Below are positions 14,243-33,078 of a stretch of DNA of 64,000 nucleotides, piece by piece. The notes below the pieces were generated by a model. It did no database searches. It worked only from the letters and a program-made list of their open reading frames with translations, and was not told where the DNA came from. Source of the stretch: the human T2T-CHM13v2.0 reference genome, Homo sapiens; NCBI RefSeq assembly GCF_009914755.1, contig NC_060936.1, one strand, 5' to 3'. A program made the translations under genes and the position numbers. Position 1 is the first letter of the stretch. Every line of letters starts with the position of its first letter.

Positions 14243-14680
14243 TAGTGTTGGAAGTTCTGGCCAGGGCAATCAGGCAAGAGGAAGAAATAAAGGGCATCCA
14301 ATTAGGAAAAGAGGAAGTCAAATTGTCCCTGTTTGCAGATGACATGATTGTATATTTAGAAAACCCCATCGTCAGCCCAAAACGTCCTTAAACTGATAAG
14401 CAACTTCAGGAAAGTCTCAGGATACAAAATCAATGTGCAAAAATCTCAAGCATTCCTATACGCCAATAGCAGGCAAACAGAGAGCCCAATCATGAGTAAA
14501 CTCCCATTTACAATTACTTCAAAGAGAATAAAATACCTAGGAATCCAACTTACAAGGGATGTGAAGGACTTCTTCAAGAAGAACAACAAACCACTGCTCA
14601 ATGAAATAAAAGAGGACACAAACAAAGGAAGAACATTCCATGGTCATGGATATGAAAAATCAATATCATGAAAATGGCCA

Positions 14681-17362
14681 GCTCTCCCTCTCCCTCTCCC
14701 TCTCCGTCTCCCTCTCCCCACGGTCTCCCTCTCCCTCTCTTTCCACTGTCTCCCTCTGATGCCGAGCGGAAGCTGGACTGTACTGCTGCCATCTCGGCTC
14801 ACTGCAACCTCCCTGCCTGATTCTCCTGCCTCAGCCTGCCCAGTGCCTGCGATTGCAGGCGCGCGCCGCCACGCCTGACTGGTTTTTGTATTTTTTTGGT
14901 GGAGACGGGGTTTCACTGTGTTGGCCGGGCTGGTCTCCAGCTCCTAACCGCGAGTGATCCGCCAGCCTCGGCCTCCCAAGGTGCCGGGATTGCAGACGGA
15001 GTCTAGTTCACTCAGTGCTCAATGGTGCCCAGGCTGGAGTGCAGTGGCGTGATCTCGGCTCGCTACAACCTCCACCTCCCAGCCGCCTGCCTTGGCCTCC
15101 CAAAGTGCTGAGATTGCAGCCTCTGCCCGGCCACCACCCCATCTGGGAAGTGAGGAGCGTCTCTGCCTGGCCGCCCATAGTCTGGGACGTGAGGAGCCCC
15201 TCTGCCTGGCTGCCCAGTCTGGAAAGTGAGGAGCGTCTCTGCCCAGCCGCCATCCCATCTAGGAAGTGAGGAGCCCCTCTTCCCGGCCGCCATCCCATCT
15301 AGGAAGTGAGGAGCGTCTCTGCCCGGCCGCCCATCGTCTGAGATGTGGGGAGCGCCTCTGCCCTGCCGCCCCGTCTGGGATGTGAGGAGCGCCTCTACCC
15401 GGCCGCAACCCCGTCTGGGAGGTGAGGAGCGTCTCTGCCCGGCCGCCCCGTCTGAGAAGTGAGGAGACCCTCCGCCTGGCAACCGCCCCGTCTGAGAAGT
15501 GAGGAGCCCCTCCGCCTGGCAGCCACCCTGTCTGAGAAGTGAGGAGCCCCTCCGCCTGGCAGCCACCCTGTCTGGGAAGTGAGGAGCGTCTCCGCCTGGC
15601 AGCCACCCCGACCGGGAGGGAGGTGGGGGTCAGCCCCCGCCAGGCCAGCCGCCCCGTCCAGGAGGGAGGTGGGGGGGTCAGCCCCCCGCCCGGCCAGCCG
15701 CCCCGTCCGGGAGGGAGGTGGGGGGGTCAGCCCCCCGCCCAGCCAGCCGCCCCGTCTGGGAGGGAGGTGGGGGGGTCAGCCCCCCGCCCGGCCAGCCGCC
15801 CCATCTGGGAGGTGAGGGGTGCCTCTGCCTGGCCGCCCCTACTGGGAAGTGAGGAGCCCCTCTGCCCGGCCACCACCCCGTCTGGGAGGTGTACCCAACA
15901 GCTCATTGGGAACGGGCCATGATGACAATGGCGGTTTTGTGGAATGGAAAGTGGGGAAAGGTGGGGAAAAGATTGAGAAATCGGATGGTTGCCATGTCTG
16001 TGTAGAAAGAGGTAGACATGGGAGACTTTTCATTTTGTTCTGTACTAAGAAAAATTCTTATCCTGTTGATCTGTGACCTTACCCCCAACCCTGTGCTCTC
16101 TGAAACATGTGCTGTGTCCACTCAGGGTTAAATGGATTAAGGGCCGTGCAAGATGTGCTTTGTTAAACAGATGCTTGAAGGCAGCATGCAAATCAAAACC
16201 ACTATGAGATATCATCTCACACCAGTTAGAATGGCAATCATTAAAAAGTCAGGAAACAACAGGTGCTGGAGAGGATGTGGAGAAATAGGAACACTTTTAC
16301 ACTGTTGGTGGGACTGTAAACTAGTTCAACCATTGTGGAAGTCAGTGTGGCGATTCCTCAGGGATCTAGAACTAGAAATACCATTTGACCCAGCCATCCC
16401 ATTACTGGGTATATACCCAAATGACTATAAATCATGCTGCTATAAAGACACATGCACATGTATGTTTATTGCGGCACTATTCACAATAGCAAAGACTTGG
16501 AACCAACCCAAATGTCCAACAATGATAGACTGGATTAAGAAAATGTGGCACATATACACCATGGAATACTATGCAGCCATAAAAAATGATGAGTTCATGT
16601 CCTTTGTAGGGACATGGATGAAATTGGAAACCATCATTCTCAGTAAACTATCACAAGAACAAAAAACCAAACACTGCATATTCTCACTCATAGGTGGGAA
16701 TTGAACAATGAGATCACATGGACACAGGAAGGGGAATATCACACTCTGGGGACTGTGGTGGGGTCGGGGGAGCGGGGAGGGATAGCATTGGGAGATATAC
16801 CTAATGCTAGATGACACGTTAGTGGGTGCAGCGCACCAGTATGGCACATGTATACATATGTAACTAACCTGCACAATGTGCACATGTACCCTAAAACTTA
16901 AAGTATGATTAAAAAAAGAAAAAATAAAAAAAAAAAAATAAATAAAAAAAAAAAAGAGTCATCACCACTCCCAAATCTCAAGTACCCAGGGACACAAACA
17001 CTGCGGAAGGCCGCAGGGTCCTCTGCCTAGGAAAACCAGAGACCTTTGTTCACTTGTTTATCTGCTGACCTTCCCTCCACTATTGTCCTATGACCCTGCC
17101 AAATCCCCCTCTGCGAGAAACACCCAAGAATGATCAATAAAAATAAATAAATAAATAAATAAAATAAAATAAAATAAAAAAAGAAAAGAAAAATAAATAA
17201 ATAAATAAATTAGAAATCAATAAAAAAAATAATAATGTACTAGAATTATACATGAGGAGAGATGCACGGTGCATGAACAGAACCTTCCTATACATTTTGT
17301 GCAACTTCCTGCCAACCTCTAATTACTCTGAAATAAAAAAGATTTCTCAAAAAAAAAAAAAA
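14681..17362 (+). mobile_element. SVA retrotransposon (probably SVA_D-like) with 3' transduction
   Basis: (CCCTCT)n head, Alu-like part, GC-rich VNTR ~15120-15890, SINE-R, A-rich tail. 11-bp TSD gaaaatggcca at 14670-14680 and 17363-17373. Confidence 0.95.
16189..16955 (+). mobile_element. 5'-truncated young L1 (L1Hs pre-Ta-like, ACG/A) inserted in the SVA SINE-R
   Basis: Open ORF2 C-terminus ([16 protein letters not shown]...SLIGGN), 3'UTR with gatgacACGttagtggg (16816-16818), poly-A. SINE-R resumes at gagtcatcaccactccc. Confidence 0.9.
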
Positions 17363-17860
17363 GAAAATGGCCATACTGCCCAAGGTAATTTATAGATTCA
17401 ATGCCATACCCATCAAGCTACCAATGACTTTCTTCAGAGAATTGGAAAAAACTGCTTTAAAGTTCATATGGAACCCAAAAAAGAGCCTGTATTGCCATGA
17501 CAATCCTAAGCAAAAAGAACAAGGCTGGAGGCATCATGCTACCTGACTTCAAACTATACTACAAGGCTACAGTAACCAAAACAGCATGGTACTGGTACCA
17601 AAACAGATATATAGACCAATGGAACAGAACAGAGGCCTCAGAAATAACACCACACATCTACAACCATCTGATCTTTGACAAACCTGACAAAAACAAGAAA
17701 TGGGAAAGGATTCCCTATGTAATAAATGGTGCTGGGAAAACTGGCTAGCCATAAGTAGAAAGCTGAAACTGGATCCCTTCCTTACACCTGATACGAAAAT
17801 TAATTCAAGATGGATTAAAGATTTAAATGTTAGACCTGAAACCATAAAAACCCTACAAGA

Positions 17861-18941
17861 GAGGGGTGGAGCCAAGATGGCCGAATAGGAACAGCTCCAA
17901 TCTACAGCTCCCAGCATCAGCGACGCAGAAAACGGGTGATTTCTGCATTTCCAACTGAGGTACTGGGTTCATCTCACTGGGGAGTGCTGGACTGTGGGTG
18001 CAGGACAGTGGGTGCAGCACACCGTGCATAAGCCGAAGCAGGGCAAGGCATCACCTCACCCGGGAAGTGCAAGGGGTCAGGAAATTCCCTTTCCTAGTCA
18101 AAGAAAAAGGTGACAGACGGCATCTGGAAAATCGGGTCACTCCCACCCTAACAGTGCGCTTTTCCAACGGACTTAACAAATGGCACACCAGGAGATTATA
18201 TCCCACACCTGGTTTGGAGGGTCCTACGCCCATGGAGCCTCACTCATTGCTAGCACAGCAGTCTGAGATCAAACTGAAAGGCGGCAGCAAGGCTGGGGGA
18301 TGGGCGCCCGCCATTGCTCAGGCTTGAGTAGGTAAACAAAGCAGCTGGGAAGCTTGAAATGGGTGGAGCTCACCACAGCTCAAGGAGGCCTGCCTGCCTC
18401 TGTAGGCTCCACCTCTGGGGGCAGGGCACAGACAAACAAAAGACAGCAATAACCTCTGCAGACTTAAATGTCCCTCTCTGACAGCTTTGAAGAGAGTAGT
18501 GGTTCTCCCAGCACACAGCTTGAGATCTGAGAACGGGCAGACTGCCTCCTCAATTGGGTCCCTGACTCCCGAGTAGCCTAACTGGGAGGCACCCCCCAAT
18601 AGGGGCGGACTGACACCTCACACAGCCGGGTACTCCTCTGAGACAAAACTTCCAGAGGAATGATCAGGCAGCAGCATTTGCGGTTCACCAATATCCGCTG
18701 TTCTGCAGTGACCACTGCTGATACCCAGGCAAACAGGGTCTGGAGTGGACCTCCAGTAAACTCCAACAGACCTGCAGCTGAGGGTCCTGACTGTTAGAAG
18801 GAAAACTAACAAACAGAAAGGACATCCATACCAAAAACCCATCTGTACGTCTCCATCATCAAAGACCAAATGTAGGTAAAACCACAAAGATGGGGAAAAA
18901 ACAGAGCAGAAAAACCAGAAAATCTAAAAATCAGAGCACCT
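17861..18941 (+). mobile_element. L1PA (approx. L1PA4/5-like) element 2: 5'UTR plus first ~50 nt of ORF1 only
   Basis: Begins ggggtggagccaagatggccgaatagg. Retains the 5'UTR segment missing from L1Hs. ORF1 ATG at ~18890. Antisense ORF0 remnant 18314-18051 has an internal TGA at codon 25. Confidence 0.9.
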
Positions 18942-20465
18942 GATTTCTATTTGGACAACCTTTTTTAAAGTGTCCTTGTAGACCACACTGGAAGCAAGCC
19001 CTAGTAGGCATTTGATTTGCCCAGCCTTTCCGTGTTTCAGAGCCTTCAAAGTCCGCTTGCCTGAGTGCCATGACTAAAGTGGTGGCCTTTTTCTTATCTC
19101 ATTTGTCCCACTCCTCCTGCCCCTCCTGATCTCTATTATAAAAAACAGAGATTGCCAAGTTCAATAGGGTTTCTAAGTTTTGCTCCAGGCCTAAGGTGGA
19201 CTTTTGAAGTTTTTTTCTAATGTCTGTAGCTGACTGAGTGATAAATTTATCCTTTAAGATTAGTTGGCCTTCAATAGAGTCAGGTGATAGAGAGGTATGC
19301 TTTCTCAATGCCTCCCTTAGTCTCTCTAGAAAGGCAATAGGATTTTCTTCCTTTCCCTCTTATAGTGGACAGCATTGAATAATTTATAGTCTTCTTCCTA
19401 GTTTTCCTTAGTTCTTCTAGCATGCAAGTTAGCAAATGTCTGTGGCACCAATCTCCATGTTCTGATTCTGTGTCCCAGTGAGGGTCTACACTGGAAACTG
19501 CCTGCTGGCCTGTGGGGAATCATTCTGTTTCCTCTGTTGTCATCCTATCATTGACCTGACTGAGATACCAGAGATTGCTGAACTCTCGGGCTGCAGTTAT
19601 GGCGGCACCTCTCTTATTTGGGGTTAGTGTCTGATTTAGCAGTAACATTATATCTCTCCATGTCAGATCAAAGGATTATCCTAACCCTTGTAAAACATCA
19701 ATATAGCCATCAGGGTTATCTGAGAATTTACCTAGGTCTATTTTAATTTTGCTTCAAGTCTGAGAGAGAAAAAGGTACATACACTCTGGCTGGGCCAAAT
19801 TCTCCATCTCCCACAGCTTGGAGGGGGCATAATCGGGGAACATTGGCATTCTTTTGTTCATTGTTTACCCCTTTGTCTATCTCCTTTTGGTCCGTTTGGG
19901 TTGAAGGGGGTCCTTATTAGTTGGGAAGGAGTCAGGGGATGCAGGGGTAGGGAGATAGACTCTGAGGGCTTCCTGTAGGGCATAAATCACACTTTTTTAC
20001 ATAATTGCGAGTTGTCTCTTAATGAAAAGAAAGTTTGTACATATGGCACTTCACTCCATTTCCCTTCTTTTCCACAAAAGAGGTCTAGCTGTAAGATGGT
20101 GTTATAATTTATACTTTCCTAGGAGGCCAGGTTTCTCCCCCTTGAAGAGGATATCGCGGCCAGGTGGTAGTGCAGAAGAATATAAGCTGTTTCTTTGTTA
20201 GCGTCTGAGGGCCAAATTGGTCCCGATTCTCCAGAATACATCTTAGGGGCATTTTTGCCTTGGGGGGAACATTTCCCATCTGAAAAAAGAACACAGGGAT
20301 GCCAGCACCCCTAGTCATTTTCTGGTAAGCATTAGTCATAGAGCGTCCTGTATGGTCCTAATGCTTATTTCTTTCCAGGGTGTGTAACCACCCATGGACC
20401 TCTGCTTATCGGATTAGTTATGCTCACCGATTTAGCAGTCCTGCACCTGTTTACCCACCTTTCTT
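18942..20465 (-). mobile_element. HERV-W (HERV17)-like leader and gag fragment
   Basis: ORFs 20109-20339 (MGNVPPKAKMPLRCILEN...) and 19099-19308 (RKHTSLSPDSIEGQLILKDKFITQSA...) resemble HERV-W gag. No cognate LTR in view. Confidence 0.8.
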
Positions 20466-21088
20466 TGAAGGGGGCCTGCCCCTCCACACGTGTGGGTATT
20501 TCTCATCAGGTGGAGATGAGAGACTGAGAAAAGAAGTAAGACACAGAGAAAAAGTATAGAGAAAGAACAGTGGGCCCAGGGGACCGGCACACTCAGCATG
20601 TGAGGACCCACACCGGTGCTGGTCTCTGAGTTCTCTCAGTATTTATCGATCACTATTTTCACTATCTCGGCACAGGGAGTGTGGCAGGAGAACAGGGTGA
20701 TGGTGGGGAGAAGGTCAGCAGGAAAACATATGAGCAAAGGAATCTGCATCATAAATAAATTCAAGGGAAGGTAGTGTACCCAGATGTGCATGTAGGCTAG
20801 ATTTATGTTTCTCTTTATCCAAACATCTCAGTGTAGCAAAGAGTAACAGAGCAGTATCACCACCAGCATATCTCGCCTCCAGCCATAGGGCAGTTTTCTC
20901 CTATCTTGGAATAGAATGAATGGTCGGCTTTACACGGAGACTTTCCATTCCCAGGGACATGTGGGAAACAGAGGCTTTCCTCTTATCTCAACCGCAAAGA
21001 GGCCTTCCTCTTTTACTAATCCTCCTCAGCACAGACCCTTTATGGGTGTTGGCCGAGGGGATGGTAAGGTCTTTCCCTTCCCATGAGG
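20466..21088 (-). mobile_element. HERV-K (HML-2) LTR5-family LTR, 5'-truncated
   Basis: Terminal CA (tg at 20466-20467). tactaatcctcctcagcacagaccctt and ggtctttcccttccca match the LTR5 reverse complement. The exact subtype is uncertain. Confidence 0.72.
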
Positions 21089-26637
<5,549 letters not shown>

Positions 26638-28609
26638 TTCAATTTTCTTCTTAATTTCTTCATTGACCCACTGATCATTCAGAAGCATATTTAAAAATTT
26701 TTATGTATTTGTTTAGTTTCCCAAATTCTTGTCATTTCTAGTTTTATTCTATTGTGGTCAGAGAAGATGCTTGATAGTATTTCAATTTTTTGAATATTTT
26801 AAGATTTGTATTATGATCTAACATGTGATCTAACACTGAGAATGATCCATGTGCTGAGGAAAAGAATGTGTATTCTGCAGCCATTGGATGAAATGTTCTG
26901 TAAATATCTACTAGATTCACTTGGTCTACTGTGAAGATTAAGTCTGATGTTTCTTTGTTGATTTTTTTGTCTGAAAGATCTGTCCAATGCTGAAAGTGGA
27001 GTGCAGAAGTCTCCAACTATTATTGCATTGAGGCCTATCTCTCTCTTTAGCTCTAATAATATTCTCTTTATATATATATGGGTGCTCCTGTGTTGGGAGC
27101 ATACATTACATATTTAAAGTGGTTACTATATCCTCTTGCTGAATTGACCCCATTTACCATTATATAGTGACCTTCTTGGAAAGAAAACCTTTTCTTCTTA
27201 TCGTTTTTGTTTTGAAATCTATTTTATCTGTGATAGAACTTTTGCTCCTTTTTGGTTTCCATTGGCATGAAGTATCTTTTTCCATCCCTTATTTTCAGTC
27301 CGTGTATGTCTTTATAGGTGAAGTGTGTCTTTTGTAGGCAACGGATCAATGGCTCTTGTTTTTTCATCCATTCAGTCAGTCTATGTCTTTTGATTGGAGA
27401 GTTTAGTTTACATTCAATATCATTATTGATAAGTAAGGACTTACTCCTGCCATCTTGCTATTTATCTTCTGGGTGTTTTATGATCTTCTTTACCTTCTTT
27501 CTTTCCTTCTAGTCTTCCTCTAGTGAAGGTGATTTTCTCTAGAGATGTGATTTAGTTTCTTGCTTTTTACTTTTTGTGTATCCATTGTATGTTTTTTGGT
27601 TTGAGGTAACCATGAGGCTTGCAAATACTATCTTATAACTTATTATTTTAACCTGATAACAATTTAACACTATTTGAATAAACAAACAAGCACAAAGAAA
27701 ATAAAAACTCTGCACCTTAACTTCATTCTCTGACTTTTAAACTTTTTATTGTTTCTATTTATATCATATTGTACTATGTCTTAAAAAGTTGTAGTTTTTT
27801 TTTTGATCATTTCATCATTTAGTTTTTCTAATTAGGATAAGAGTAGTTTACACAGAACAGTTACAATGTTACAATATTCTGTGTTTTTCTATGTACTTAC
27901 AATTACTGGTGAGGTCTGTACCTTCAGGTATTATGTATTGCTAATTAATGTCCTTTTCTTTCTGACTGAAGTACTCCCTTTAGCATTTCTGGTACAGCAG
28001 TTCTGGTCTTGATGAAATCCCGCAGCTTCTGTTTGTCTGGGAAAGTCTTTTTCCTTTATGCTTGAAGGATATTTTCACCAGATATACTATTATCGGGTAA
28101 AAGTTTTTTCCTTTAGCACTTTAAATATATCAGGCCACTCTCCCCTGGCCTGTAAGGTTTTCACTGGAAAGTCTGCTGCCAGACATATTGGAGCTCCATT
28201 GTACATCATTTATTTCTTTCCTCTTGCTGCTTTTAGGGTCCTTTCTTTATGCTTGACCTTTAGGAGTTTGATTATTAAATGCCTTCAGGTGGTCTTCTTT
28301 GGGTTAAATCTGCTTGGTGTTCCATTACCTTCTTGTACTTGGATATTAATATCTTTCTCTAGGTTTGGGAAGTCCTCTGCTATTATCCCTTTGAATAAAC
28401 CTTCTACCCCTATCCCTTTCTCTACCTTCTCATTAAGGCCAATAACTCTTAGATTTGCCCTTCTAAGTTTATTTTCTAGATCCTGAGGGCATGCTTCATT
28501 GTTTTGTGTGTGTGTTTTTTTTTATTTCCTCTATATGTTTTCAACTGGCCTGTCTTCAAGCTCACTAATTCTTCTGACTGATCAATTCTGCTGTTAAGGA
28601 ACTCTGATG

Positions 28610-29776
<1,167 letters not shown>

Positions 29777-32089
29777 AAAGAACTCTGCTGCATTCTTGAA
29801 TATGCCAATTGCATTTTTCAGCTCCAGAATTTCTGCTTGACTCTTTTTAATTATTTCAATCTTTTTATTAAATTTATCTGATAGAATTCTAAATTTCTTC
29901 TCTGTGTTATCTTGAATTTCTTTGAGTTTCCTCAACACAGGTATTTTGAATTCTTTGTCTGAAAGGTCACATATCTGTTTCTCCAGGATTGGTCCCTGGT
30001 CCCTTATTTAGTTCATTTGGTGAGGTCAAGTTTTCCTTCATGGTGTTGATGTTAGTAGATGTTCTTCAGTGTCTGGGAATTGAAGACTTAGGTATTTATT
30101 GTAGTCTTCACTGTCTGGGCTTATTTGTAACTGTCATTCTTGGGAAGGCTTACCAAATATTTGAAAATACTTAGGTGTTGTGATCCAAGTTGTATCTGCT
30201 TTAGGGGACACCCCACGCCTAGTAATGCTATGGTTCTTGCAGACTGGTAGAGGTACCACCTTGATAGTCTTGGACAAGATCTGAGAGAATTCTCTGGAAT
30301 ACCAGTCTCATTCTCTTCCCTGACTTTCTCCCAAACATACAGAATCTCTCTCTCTGTTCTGAGCCATCTAAAGCTGGGGGTGGAGTGACACAAGCACCCC
30401 TGTGTCACCACCACTATGACTGCATTGCATCAGACTTGAAGCCAGCACAGTGCTGGGTCTCGCCCAAGGCCTGCTGTACCCGGTCCCTGGCTACTACCTG
30501 TGTTTGCTCAAGGCCCTAGGGCTCTGCAGTCAGCAAGTAGCAAAGTCAGTTAGGCCTGTGCCCTTCCCTTCAGGATGGTGAGGTACCCCATACCCCATAT
30601 GGGTCCAGAAGTGCTGTGCAGGAGTCAAGGACTAGAGTCAAAAACCTTAGAAGTGTACCTGATATTCTACTAAATTGTAGCTGAGTGGGCACTCAAACCA
30701 CAAGACACAGTCCTTCCCACTCTTCCCTTCCTTTTCCAAAGGCAGAGGAGCCTCAACCTGCAGCCACCACCACCCCAGGCCACAGGGAGTACTGCCAGAC
30801 AACTATCGATGTTCCCTTAAGGCCCAACATCTCTTCAATCAGCTTGTGGTGAATGCTGCCTGGCCTGGAACTCACCCTGCAGGTCAGCAGGCTTCCCAAT
30901 GGCCCAGGGTATGTCCAGAAAATGTCATCCAAGAGTCAAGTCCCAGAATCAGGAACCACAATAGCCCACTTGGTGCTCTACCCCACTGTGGTCTTGCTGG
31001 CACCTAAGGTGTAAGACAAAGTCCCTTTACTTTTCTCTCTGCTTTACTCAAGCAGGAGTCTCTCTCCATAGCCAACATAGCTGGCAATGTCCCGAGTCTC
31101 ACCTGAAGCCATCAAGGTTCAGAGGCTCACCCAAGGCCTTTGATTAGCACCTAGGAATTACTGGTTATTCAGGGCCCAAGTTCTCTTCAGATAGCAGGTG
31201 ATGAATGCTGTTAGCATTGGGTCCTTTCCCTTCTGGCCCAGGGTCTGTCTAGTAATGTCATATGGGAGCTAGGACTTGAAACAGGGGCCTCATGACTCTG
31301 ATCATTGCCCTATCTTGCTGTAGCTGAGCTGGTATCCAAGATGCAAGACAAAACCCTTCCCACTCTTCCCTCTCCTCTGCTCAAGTAGAAAAAAGGGGTC
31401 TCCTTTGGAGCCTCAGGTTGTGCAGACTGGAGTTAGGGGAGGGGTGATGCCGACATTCCCTTGGCTGCCCCAGCTGGTGTCTCAGTATGTCACATGTCCC
31501 CCTAATCCACTGTCTCTGGGCCTAGTTCTGCACTAGGCCTCACCTAGGAGTTGCGGTCCTTATGACATAGACTGCCTTTCAGGTTTACTTGGAGACACAG
31601 AATGTTGTAGCCCTTGGTGGCGAGGTTCATGGGCACTCAAGTTAGGACTGCTGGGATCAGCGATTCCCCTGTGGCTAGGGGTGGTTTAAATGCTCCCTCC
31701 CCAGGCAGGCATCAGCTGAGTTTGGTGTGGTTTTCCTCTCTGCTCTAACAGGACAGCCCTGAGGTCAGTGCCTCACAATTACTGTGTTCTCCCTCCCCCA
31801 GCACTCAGAGGCACTCTCAGCACCATGCCTCTGCAGCCAGGGTTTGGGGAGGGACAGTGTCTGTGACTCATGACTGTTTTTTTCTATCTCTTCAGTGCCT
31901 CTTTTAGCAATATGAAATTAAAACCAGGTAAAATGAGTGCTCACCTGATTGTTCGTTCTATGAAGGTGTTCTTTTCTGTGTAGATAGTTGTTAACTTGTT
32001 GTCCTGGTAGGGGTGGGGAGTGGAGAAGGATTTGTGAAGCCTTCTATTCCACCATCTTTCTCCATCCTCTCCTCATTGCATGTCTTTTG

Positions 32090-32402
32090 TTTGTTTGGGG
32101 TTTTTTTCTTCGTTTGTTTTTGAGACAGAGTATCATTCTGCCACCCAGGCTAGAGTGCAGTGGCGCCATCTTGGCTTACTGCAACCTCTGCCTCCCAGGC
32201 TCAAGTGATCTTCCTACCTCAACCTTTTGAGTAGCTGAACTACAGGCATGCACCAACATGCCCAGCTAATTTTTGCATTTCTGATAGAGTTTGGGTTTCG
32301 CCATGTTGCCCAGGCTGGTCTTGAATGCCCGAGCTCAGATAATTCACCCGCTTTGGCCTACCAAAGTGCTAGGATTACAGGTGTCAGCTACCACACCCAG
32401 CC
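32090..32402 (-). mobile_element. Alu (AluJ-like), paralog of the Alu at 1765-2070
   Basis: Same position within the duplicated unit and same degenerate TSD (cctcattgcatgt / cctcattacgtgt). Confidence 0.85.
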
Positions 32403-33078
32403 TCATTACGTGTTTTAAATTCGGTGGCCCTGCAACATCTGACCTCACTACCTGTTTTTACACTGAACATGATTTGTTCAATGACACAGGGCTCTCTAAA
32501 GGCTCCATATCCTGGACTTTTAACCTGAAATCAGTAAAATGAGAAACCAGAGACGGTACCCTGTAACTACAATTTGTACTGAGCCCAGGAATCTGTACCC
32601 CTTTCTCCTAATGCTTTCTCTGTTGAGTTCACACTTGCAACATCATCAGAACACCGAAGACACTGAGGATGAGGACTAGGTAATTCAAGATAATTTCTCT
32701 CCAGCACACAGCAGGGGCTCAACAAAGGGAGGGAAAACAAGAAAGATGAGTCCAGACGTGACTTTCACTCCCTGCCACTGGAGGAGGGGGTGTGTTGGGA
32801 TATGGTGGGGGACCTTGAGGGATGGCAACAGGGAAAGTGCAATGACTTTAAAGTAAGGGCCGGTCACTGAGGGCCACAGAGAGGGCACAGGTGAGGGGAG
32901 GAGGCTTCAGTTGCCCCAGGGAAGGGACCTGGGGCCTGCCAGTGCCTTATTGACATCTCCTTGCTGGCTTGTCCTTAGGTCTATTTCTGTGACAGGGGTA
33001 ACCTATTTCTCTCCCCATGATACATCGCCCCTTATGGCATACCCCAAATCCATGAAAACATGCACCTGAGTCTTGGCT

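Noticed and set aside
15120-15890. Repeat array as CRISPR-like or coding (several overlapping ORFs)
   Set aside because: Ordinary SVA VNTR with no unique spacers; eukaryotic context.
16153-16704. 183-aa SVA-L1 fusion protein
   Set aside because: A few SINE-R codons happen to be in frame with the L1 ORF2 C-terminus; nothing supports expression.
18051-18314. Intact L1 ORF0
   Set aside because: MAGAHPPALLPPFSLISDCCASNE is followed by TGA at codon 25; only a remnant.
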